Part shown: one piece after another, positions 34,505-44,616 of the stretch
How positions within the stretch are numbered: the first letter of the stretch is position 1
How the letters are laid out: the number at the start of each line of letters is the position of its first letter
From: Sporopachydermia quercuum
Taxonomy: Eukaryota
Reading direction: 5' to 3'
Length of the DNA stretch: 64,000 bases
Assembly: GCA_001599295.1 (NCBI GenBank)
Contig: BCGN01000005.1
Coordinates: 434,001-498,000, forward strand
Program-made: the position numbers and the translations under genes
Notes under the pieces: model-generated
What the model saw: only the letters and a program-made list of their open reading frames with translations
The model's database searches: none
What the model was told of the DNA's origin: nothing

Positions 34505-35905
34505 TTAGGAATCAGCACCTACCAGTTTTTCAAACCATGAAAACTCTTCGGGTCGCCTTTTATCCTCTTTCCGCTTAGCAACAATACACCAGGTTGTACC
34601 AAAATTGTGTCGCTTCTGATTAACAATGTCTAAACCAGCCTTTTCCAACAATTCCCCGATATCCAAGTTCCATCTACAGCCCCATGTTTCAAGTCTTGGC
34701 CCAGCTCGCTCGTCTAAATAGTTATTTATAAAATCCCAAGTACCTCTTCCGTGCTCAACCAAAACAATCCGACCATCCTTCTTCAGAAGTTTTTCAAAAT
34801 TCCGCAAAGCAGAAATAGGATTCTCATGAGAACATAAACCGAATGTTTCGACAATTGTATCATATTTGATCGCTGGTTCATTAGGTTGAAGTTTAGTAAC
34901 ATCATCAGTGTTTTTTCTCTCATTAGATTGAGACTTGTTGGCTCCAGCAAGGTTTACTAAATCCTCTGCTCTACCAACAACAAATGCANCATTTTTGTAT
35001 TTTGGGAACTTNTCTCTGAACTTCTCTCTAGCAACTTTTATCATATTCTTAGAAGAGTCCAAAAATGTGATAGATGAAAGGTTCACAGGTTTTAGATACT
35101 TGATATTTCGACCTGTACCGCAAGAAACTTCTAGAACATCACCTTTCATTTGTCTTGATAACCATTTTCTTTTCGACCAAATCATTGAAATGAGCTCTTC
35201 CTTAGATATAAGTTTGTCATACTCNNCAGCTTTGGAATCATAGAATTCAGTAGTGTCATATGGCTTGGGAAATGCATCGCTTTCTTCACTAGGATCTTTG
35301 GGNGATTCTTCGAGAACTACACTACGAAGATCCTTATACTTTTTAGGTAACCCATCTAGGTCCTTGGTCAACTGTGCATACTGAACATACTCTTCAAATG
35401 TGTAATCACCAGATTCCACTTTCTTCGCCAGGTTTCCTGCTTTGACTCTTTTCTTCCAGTTGTTGACAAAATAGGTTAATCCACCNACGAAAAATATTAT
35501 ATAGCCGCCAAGCAAGAGAAAATTCAACTTTCTATTGAATTTCTGAGTTTTTAATTTGGCACTTAGCTTTTTAAACCAGCTTGTAGAATTCAGCCCATCA
35601 TCATCGCTTACAAACTCCGACTCAACTTTTCGTGATTTTGAGACATGTCTTGAGCCCAGCGAAGCTCTTTTTGGGTGGATCTGTTCGTCAGCGAATAACT
35701 TAAAACCNGTGCTAAATGATCTTTTCAGCAAAATAGTTGAGCATTTATAAGTCGTATTTATGTCTATACTTCTTTGATGTATGGTCCTCGTCATTAGTGC
35801 GCATTGTGAGGGCAATGGACGACTTACTATCGGTGCTTTCACCAATAGCTGTCGAAACATCTTGTAACTGTTATGGTTGCCTCTCCCCAGTAGTTTAAAA
35901 ACCAT
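34505..35905 (-). CDS. OMS1: Mitochondrial inner-membrane SAM-dependent methyltransferase
   Basis: Presequence, one TM segment, GDVLEVSCGTGRNIKY, YDTIVETFGLCSH, LVEHGRG, WGCRWNLDI, RHNFGTTW. Alternative ATG at 35860. Confidence 0.9.
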   Translation of the reverse strand: MVFKLLGRGNHNSYKMFRQLLVKAPIVSRPLPSQCALMTRTIHQRSIDINTTYKCSTILLKRSFSXGFKLFADEQIHPKRASLGSRHVSKSRKVESEFVSDDDGLNSTSWFKKLSAKLKTQKFNRKLNFLLLGGYIIFFXGGLTYFVNNWKKRVKAGNLAKKVESGDYTFEEYVQYAQLTKDLDGLPKKYKDLRSVVLEEXPKDPSEESDAFPKPYDTTEFYDSKAXEYDKLISKEELISMIWSKRKWLSRQMKGDVLEVSCGTGRNIKYLKPVNLSSITFLDSSKNMIKVAREKFRXKFPKYKNXAFVVGRAEDLVNLAGANKSQSNERKNTDDVTKLQPNEPAIKYDTIVETFGLCSHENPISALRNFEKLLKKDGRIVLVEHGRGTWDFINNYLDERAGPRLETWGCRWNLDIGELLEKAGLDIVNQKRHNFGTTWCIVAKRKEDKRRPEEFSWFEKLVGADS

Positions 35906-37875
35906 TGATAGATCATCTGACCCGGATTTCAGAATTTCGAATCAGATATTCGTGGTTCATATTATAGTCAATCGTGCCCGATAAATCTAATCAAACTGTT
36001 TTCCAAAGACACATTGAGTCTCCTCTAGAAACAAATGGTTGACATGATGATACAATAGTTAATAACTGGCTAGACTGAAGTTTACACCAACTTGTGATGA
36101 GTATATATTTAATGATTATCTAAACAGAAATGCATAAAAAGTGATCGAATAATGGATTGATTCCAGGAAAGATTATCGGTGATTCGGTATATTCATTTTG
36201 GGTATCCTAGTCGCATGCAATGCTCATTGAACTGCCCAAGAGATGGATTAATGAGACCATAGAAAAAAGTTNAGGATATAGCAGGGGAAAGTGAAAAAAA
36301 ANTTTAGGTACAAATACTTTAAATGTGTTTGCCTGTTTATTTCATATACCATTGATGATTGCTTCATCATGATTGTCTGATCCATGATGAAAATGCTGCT
36401 GAGTTATGATGAAGACAACTGACTTCTTGGTTGTGAAATAAGCTCAGATCAACCGAGGTAGGTCTCATACAAATGAGCTTTCTATAACAAGCTAACAAAC
36501 AAAGTATGCGNTAACGAAATCAATCATCCATTCCTAAATAAATGCAACAATAGAATCAAAAGAAATAAATAACATTGACAAACACCAAGAAAGTTAGAAT
36601 GATCCAATTTTGTAATTAAAAGAAGACTGCACAAACCTCAAATGATCAAGTGCTTTTTTTGATCACATTTGGATTGCATTGTTCTTTTATCGTAAGAAAT
36701 AAAGTTCATTTCTAAGCAAACCTAAAAATTGTNGAACCTTAATGTCACCACACAGGTCCCTTCATTTCGAACAGATTGCTCTTTGTTACCATCACAATTA
36801 AACGCAAGGATACTCATCAACAAGTCAAATATGACTCTGAAAGCTGTCAATCGTTTCTTTGTACTATTTTCACTTCCGGTTTCGAACTTTGGTTGGACCA
36901 TAAACCAGCTGCAGGTAGATGTGTTGCTTAAGGTTCAAAAAACTCCAATCAAACTTACTAAATTAGTTAAGACTCCAAACCAAAAATCAGGAGAGAAATT
37001 ATTGAAACTTTTCATTTTATCTGTCGATAAGAAGATAATGCAGGTGAATATTAACGCTTCATACTAAATCCCCACTTAAATGTTTGAATTCTTTTCTTTA
37101 TATTGATCAATGTCATTTGCAATTGCTTTATTGGCAAAGATTTGAAAATTTCAATGTCATAGTGGCCAAGTACGGCTGTCTCTTGTGATAACCCATGATT
37201 GGCAATTGTCAAAGGCAATTTGCGGAGAAGATTTTAATGTTAGAAATAAGAAATTTGTGGATTCTTAGTGAGATAAACCTTTCAAATAATTCAATTGAAC
37301 AGTAAATTATTCCAAGTTATCACTTTAATTGAATTTATCATCCAATCTTAAATAATCATATCTATCATAGTATTCATAGCTCTCTTGCTTACCTATGTCA
37401 CTTAGCTCCGCTTACTGGATCAATCAATTTATACAATAAGTCATCCTACAATTTGATCTAATCTTTCGAATAAACAGTCATCCATTATTTTAGACAAATT
37501 GCCAATCAACCAAAACAGACCTGTTCCTACTACATTGTGCGAATAATTAATCATTTCTTGTCATACTCCTAAAAATATTCCTTAGATTTCCTTCCAAAGT
37601 TTTATATTTTAAGGTTTAAGAAAATACCAAATGAGGACATTTGATAACTCTATTGAAACTAATTTCTCTGTCTTTTATGCCACTATATAAAGTAGGGGNT
37701 TTCCATTTTTCCAATGATCTACCGCTTGAGAAATTTTGTATTTAGTTATTAATTCAAAGATTAAAGAGTGATTATATATACTTTTGGTTAACATTAAGGT
37801 CATTGCAATACGATTCTGTGTCAAAAGCAACTGAACACGTAGAAACAACAAGCACAACGCAGCTATTTGAATAAA

Positions 37876-38211
37876 ATGTCGCTTGCAGTCAGAAACATAG
37901 TTTCCAGCGTTCCTACCCTGGCTCCAGCTATCTCCTTTGCTGGTCTACAGATGGTTCGTTATTTGAGCACTACAAATATCAATAAAACACCTAAAGTTCA
38001 AGCAAAATCCCCTGCCGGAAACACATTCAAATCATTTGCCGAATATCGTAAGAGAGCAATCAAGTACGGTCCATTGGTTTCTCATACTGACCACAAGTTG
38101 TATCATTCAACCGAAGAGTTTGGCTATGGTGTCTCTGAAGCATTTGCTGCTACTGCTCGAAAAGGAGAATATAAAGAAGATGAATTTGAAGTCACATACA
38201 AAGTTGATTAA
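37876..38211 (+). CDS. 111-aa putative mitochondrial microprotein with an FKSFAEYRxxAxxYGPL motif
   Basis: ATG in AAAATGTC context; TATATAA at about 37685; presequence-like N-terminus lacking acidic residues, with VRYLSTT; yeast-preferred codons; AT-rich 3' region. Confidence 0.72.
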   Translation: MSLAVRNIVSSVPTLAPAISFAGLQMVRYLSTTNINKTPKVQAKSPAGNTFKSFAEYRKRAIKYGPLVSHTDHKLYHSTEEFGYGVSEAFAATARKGEYKEDEFEVTYKVD

Positions 38212-41200
38212 ATAAACAAGTTATATGAACGGAAACAGAGTGGAAATATTGAACGTTTTGCTGAAACAAACACCACTTTTTTCTGTCTTTCACGGATAAT
38301 AGGGCTTAGATATATTTACATATACATATTTTTGGTGTGCTAAAAAATGAAGCTGGTTTTCATGACTTTAACGACTATTTTTTAATAAATTACTTTTTTT
38401 GTATCAATATATATTTAAACTCCACTGTAATATAACGGGCAGTTGTCAATAGGCATTTTCAAATTGTACTTTGAAAAGCTTTACAATTCTCAGTCGCTCA
38501 TGTAAATGTGGCTTGATCACGTGAAAGATAATGAAATTTTCAAATTTACTCAGAATGATTAGTTAATGTAGCTTCATATGAGTATCATGTGTTCATTCAC
38601 AAGGATTATACTTGATGCAAATGATATTCAACTTTTGAAAGCTTCTTCGGGCACCAAATTGACGAATCATCGCAACCGGTAGTTTGAGCGTTAAAACTTA
38701 ATTAATCTCTAAGCAGGTCGAAGTAATATATTCCAATGATTGTAGAGAATATCACGTGCNGTTACATTAGCTAATGAACCACTGAACCACATTATCTATA
38801 AAGCCTGAGTGTTCCCGCACATTATAGTTCTCTTTGTGCAAATCAATGCAAAATCTTTAATATTATAAATTATATATCATTCTCAATTTTCTCTAGTTCG
38901 CCCAATTCTTTAAATCTATTACTCAACTATCAGATATGTATGACACGAATGTATTGTTTTGAGCCTTCCTTGATTTTGCAGAATCTTTCTTCTATCTCTC
39001 AAACCCTTCTCGCCCATTCCTAGTAATTCTATTACTCAACATTTTGTTTGGGTTGTATATATTGAAGAGCCTGTCGGAATCATCAGGAGGCCTTCAGTGT
39101 TTAATTCTTTGTTTCAAGTCCTTGTAGCTGACAAACTCACTTTTTACTTACAGTTTCATCCCGTCCAGAATCCTCCCTTTGCAATAAACGGTCAAAGCTT
39201 AGTTGTCCAAATAGAGTTAGGTTTCGCTTAATTAAAGTGATCAACTTTATCTTGTTTTCCTCATCTTTACCTGTTAATTGTCAATTGCTTCGTGAATTGA
39301 TGACTACTATAAAATATATACAGTTGATTTTACAATATTCTATGAATCTCATAGATGATCAGAAACTGAAATACCTCTCAGATGATGAATTAGTCATTAC
39401 TTATTGACTCCCGCCTTTTAGTACATAATCGACATATTTAAAGTATTCAAATGTTACTTATCAAAATTAAGGTCCTGAAGTCTGAAAATCAGGAGAGAGC
39501 TTATGCATACTCGCATATCTCTAAGCAAAACTCTTCGAAATTTCTCATGTATCACCCCCATGTGTTCTTGACCTGAATGACGAAGAAAAGTCATAATTAT
39601 GAAGTGAGTTGTAGAGTACTTGAGATCCAGAAACAGGGATGAACTATGGTGCTGATAACAGTAAAAGTAATTCTTATGGACACAAGAACTATTAGATGAA
39701 AAGTTGATTAAGGAGTGATAATTAACAATAGTCCATGGAGAATAAAGTAAAAAAAAATTATAACTGAAAAAAGAACAGTATTACCAAAATTAAGTTGAGT
39801 ATCTGGTGTGTCCAAATTCCGGTTTCTCGTATGTTATCAATAGAACCAGAACCAAGCTACTGCGAACCTGGTAGTCCTATTATTACATAGCAGAACAAAA
39901 TCGGTGGTTGGTCCGATTTATTATTTGTAGAACGGAGGCTTCCGCTTCAAGTTNATTTGCTCTGGTTATCTCACAATATGTTCAACGTTTACAAGAGTAC
40001 TTACAGTAGTACCTTATTACTACTGTANGGTAGATCAGGTGATTGAAAGTGAATAGTTAACTATTTACTTGAAATCACCGGTTATGCTATCTTGTGACGT
40101 CAACATCTCATCAATTTAATGGTGATGAGGATGAGGATGAGAATTTGATGAAGATGAGCTTATTTGAAGAACTTTTTGACTTCTTGTGGTTCTACTTACA
40201 TGGTTTGTATATTGCTACTTAGGAGACTTAGGGGTACATCTTAATATGTAAAACGAACCTTTATCGATCTGAGACACTGAACCTTCTTTACTGAGGCGAA
40301 CCCATTCTATTATTTACTTATTCCTTGGCAGTGCAGTTTATCTGTAAAAGAAAAGAAAAAACAAGTATATTTAATAATTGAAATAAAAACAAAAAATCAA
40401 ACACTAACCATTTGCATAAAATAATTTGTATGTAATAACAAGTCATTCAGGCTTTTTGAAGTAATCGATAACAACGGCATAATTATTCTTATAAAGGGAG
40501 AAACAAAATCCCAGATTACGAAGTGTGACAAGAAAACGTTGAAACTTTAATTTACTGAGCACAAAGATTTCAACTGTCTATCTTGTCATTATATCTCCTA
40601 AATTTGTCAGAACACTTATTGTTCAGACCCTCATTTGTCCATATTGATCTTTTGGTATGGTTGTAATTACTTACTATGGTCAATGCTGGAAAATGAGCCT
40701 AAATTTGACATTTTATTATTTCCAAATTTCATTACCAGTTTCATTAAGTTGATGTTGATGGACAATAATCCAGGAACGGTATGGAATGTGTTGTTATATT
40801 GTTATTCACGATTTACTAATTTGATATGAATTGTGTATGACGATATGTTTCGTGCAAATAATCTGGAAAAGACTTGCAAATAACGTGCAACTGGTGCTTG
40901 TTGAATTAACCACACTCAGCATAGTTCTCATCCGAAGTTGCAGGCACTCATCAATTGAATATACTGTTTTTACCAATATCATTAACCTCCGCTGATTTCT
41001 ATCATCCTGTAGCAAAGGTTAGTGGCAAATAATCGCAATTGAACCCCTTAATTGTATTTCATAAATGACTGGCCATATTATTAGTTGTTCTCATCTATTT
41101 TCCCATTTTGAGAATTGAGGACGTGGGGTAAAAGCTGCCACACATTTTTCCTCCGTTAACAGGATAATGGGACTTTACTTACCTTTAACACTACCATAGC

Positions 41201-43290
41201 TCACCACTCATCGTCATAGTCACCATATCCTTCTCTATAGTAAAATAAATATGGCACTTGGTCATAGCTCGAACTCTCAATCTGCGTTGCAGCTTATAGT
41301 TATAGTTGTTGTCGTTGATTGATTTTTGTCAAAGTTGAGGATACCTTAAGATGGATTAAAGGATTCCTAGAGCAAGAAGATGAGTATGAGTACGTATAAT
41401 AAATTTTCAAACTTACATCATTTACCAGTTAAGTGAGCATATGAGAAACTGCACGGTTTTCATTCAAAAGAACCTTACAATCAATAAAGTGACAGTGGCA
41501 TCTTGTAAGTAGGGATTAAGGGTCAAGATGAAAAGTGAAAAGGCGGCAGATCGTCATCTAAGTCATAGTATGGATAGACTAAAATGGATAATATAGCTTG
41601 ATAAATGATATATGAAGCAAAGATAGAGCACGAGAATAAAATCTTCTGATCTAGACATGCTAATAGCTGCATTCTACCTCCTGTATGAAGTATTCCATAA
41701 TAGATTTAATTGGTGGAAGAGAAACTACTTATGCTAATTATTCACAGGTTTGATGATCTTGAGAGATGGCAATCACCAAGAGTCAATTAGCAATGAGAAG
41801 GTTGACCTAGATCAGGTGTAATATGAGCTAGTTCAGTACCATGTTGGCTAAAGTTTGAAGGGATTGGTTAAATATCAAGGAAAATGAACTCATGATTTAG
41901 ATTTAAATCAGTTAAATAAACAGGAAATTGTAAGAAAATTAAACTTTCTTATCGACTATTCATATGTGTTTTTTATATTGGATTAAAAATTATGTTCTGA
42001 ATATAAAGTGACTCAATCAAACACATTTATTTTGCCAGAGTTAATTGCAAATACAGAATTGCTGACTCAACTTCAGACCAACTAGTTGTAGTTCTCGCAA
42101 AGAAAATATGCATTTATCTTTCGTCAAAAGATATGTAAATTACAGCATATCTTCAGATAATTTTTGATAAAACTATGATAATACCATAAGAATCTTATTG
42201 AGTTAGTTATTTTATTTTCAATCTACTCAATCTTCTAAAGAAAGCCAGACCTAATATGAGAACTTAGATGTTTAAGTTAGGGTATCAACATGTATTCGGG
42301 CAAGTTATGTCATGACAAAAAGGAATGGAAATGGAATTTGAAGTTAGTAACCTATTAAAAATAAAGTTATTATCTTGAATCATCCACCAATAATAAAGCG
42401 TAGTGGAGAAAATGGGGTTGGAAGAAAGCAAAAAACCGTTGAATGTACGGGTGACAAAAAAAGTAACCAAGCCAACTCTCTCATAAGAGGCTTTCCGAAA
42501 TTGGAACTACAAAGTTAATTTGTAGTTGCTGAAAGAAATTCGTACAATTAAGAATTTATACCGTTATCACGTTTTCCAGTCATCTGATATGCAATCAACA
42601 CATTCTCAAACATTATGCAAAGTTAGTTTTTCCTAATGACACGATGAGCAATTAGGGCGTTTTTTATAAAAAGCATGTCTCAATTAGCTCTAGTTGTTGA
42701 ATAAGATTGAGTCTAATCTCTAGAAAATTCTTCTTTCTTGTCTCACTAGTTTATTTTTCTTTGTTCCACGACATCTGAATAAGAAAAGTTAATATAAAGT
42801 TAAGCTAATTATTTTGTCACAGTGGTATCTCTCAAACGTTAATTACAGAGATAGATGATACTAAGCTAGTCAGCAAACTTTATTTCACTAATTTTATATT
42901 TTGATTTAAACTTTTTTGATAAAAGGTTATTATCCTCCCTAAGAATTCAATAAATAATATCTCATTCCCATTAACTATCTTATCTACTTGCTAAACAGTC
43001 TCGAAGTATCTTGTGTTCCCTTTTACCGCTTTGCTCATTGTTGATCGGGTAGGAAAATCGTTAGAATTCCATTCTACAACTATTCAAGTTATTTAGAATT
43101 GAAGTAAGGTTAAATTTCAGAATCTGCATATTATCATATCATCATATTGTCGAAGACAAAAGTTTCGCTCACGACCTTTCAAAGAAAATGGACATTTGAG
43201 CAGAAAAGCGACCAAACATAAGTAAAATAAAAACATCAGAGAGTGCAAAAAAAAAGAATTTAAAAGAGAAGGCGGTAATTATCAAAGGAA

Positions 43291-44616
43291 ATGCATCAAC
43301 AAGAGTCAAACCACTGTTTGGATTTATGCCATGGTGATATTTGGCATGGTCTGGATTGTGATATCCCCAATGTCCCGACTCTTGATATATTTGCCAATAA
43401 AGCTCAATCATCAACTAGCATAACTGATCCAAACAACGAAGGAGTGGTACCAGACTTTGTGACAATTTTGCAGAATAAAGCTCAATCACCATATTCTCTT
43501 CATGATTTCATGAGATTTCTATCTCAGAATCATAATTTGGAGAATCTTGAATTCATCTTGGATGTAGAAAGATATAAACGGCTTTATAATGATTCCAAGT
43601 TATGTTCTAAAGGAAGAGGGATGTTAAATAAAGTGTTCTGTCGAATTATTGGAATGTATATAGAGTCAAACTCGGAAAGGGAATTGAATCTACCTTATAA
43701 TGTGGTGAAAGCTCTGTTGTCAATCCATCCACCAAGCGAAACGGATGCACCAGTTGATGCAAGTTTGCTTGACGATGCATATCAGGTTATTTATGATCTA
43801 TTAAAGGATTCAGCATATTTCCACTTTTTGTCCGGAATTTTATCTTCTCAGTCAGATGATAGAAGTTCATCTATTGATGAAGGTAACAGCAATGAGACTG
43901 TTTCTGAATACACATCTACTGTACCAAAGCGCCCAGATATTTCTACGCTTTCATTTAGTCATAATCATAGCATTCTGACACCTTCCTCTTCAACAACAAC
44001 TCCACTGTCAGCATCAAATAGTTCATCAGTAGCCACTTCAACAAATACATCAATTGCATCTACTCCACTCCCTTCACAATTTGATATTAAAGCTATATCT
44101 TCATTCAAACCAAGACGATCTGTTGGTCCCGTCAGTCTATCTCAAACATCTATCAGCTCACCTGTGAAACCGGCATCTTATCACTCTTCATCTAGCACAA
44201 CATCTGTTTCACAATTCTTCCGTTCTCTCAAAGGGTCGTCATATTCATCATTTTCTTCCATTGGTTCTCTGTCAATGAAAAGAAGAACTCAGTCAAACGA
44301 TCTGAAAGAAGACTTGGAATTAGAATTTGCTCCTGGTGTTTCCAACTTGTCAGAAGCTATACCAGACTTTAAGGAAGATTTTTTTGATGATGAAACGGAG
44401 AATGAGATGGGAATGAGTAGAACATCCACATGTTCATCAAAGGATACAGCATATACAGACTTCAATTCATGGAATCCAAGTTTTGATCGTAACAATGATG
44501 CATTTTTAGGATCTGCCGAAAGCTCAGGTTCATTATTAAGAAATGGATCTCGTTCTTTGGCAAAATTTTCAAGGAAACTAAAATTTAAAAAATCTCCCGG
44601 AATGGAGAGTACTTAA
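43291..44616 (+). CDS. RGS-domain regulator of G-protein signalling (Rgs2/RgsA-like) with a Ser-rich tail
   Basis: ILQNKAQSPYSLHDFMRFLSQNHNLENLEFILDVERY...YIESNSERELNLP...IYDLLKDSAYFHF. Confidence 0.88.
   Translation: MHQQESNHCLDLCHGDIWHGLDCDIPNVPTLDIFANKAQSSTSITDPNNEGVVPDFVTILQNKAQSPYSLHDFMRFLSQNHNLENLEFILDVERYKRLYNDSKLCSKGRGMLNKVFCRIIGMYIESNSERELNLPYNVVKALLSIHPPSETDAPVDASLLDDAYQVIYDLLKDSAYFHFLSGILSSQSDDRSSSIDEGNSNETVSEYTSTVPKRPDISTLSFSHNHSILTPSSSTTTPLSASNSSSVATSTNTSIASTPLPSQFDIKAISSFKPRRSVGPVSLSQTSISSPVKPASYHSSSSTTSVSQFFRSLKGSSYSSFSSIGSLSMKRRTQSNDLKEDLELEFAPGVSNLSEAIPDFKEDFFDDETENEMGMSRTSTCSSKDTAYTDFNSWNPSFDRNNDAFLGSAESSGSLLRNGSRSLAKFSRKLKFKKSPGMEST

Noticed and set aside
38516..38650. ATCACGTG followed by AT-rich DNA as a point centromere
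   Set aside because: The spacer is not extremely AT-rich and there is no correctly oriented CDEIII; the lineage is unlikely to have point centromeres.
39380..39486. TGATGA...CTGA segment with partial complementarity (AGTCAT, ACTCCCGCC) to 25S helix 69
   Set aside because: The match is interrupted and not positioned before a D or D' box; matches this short are expected by chance.
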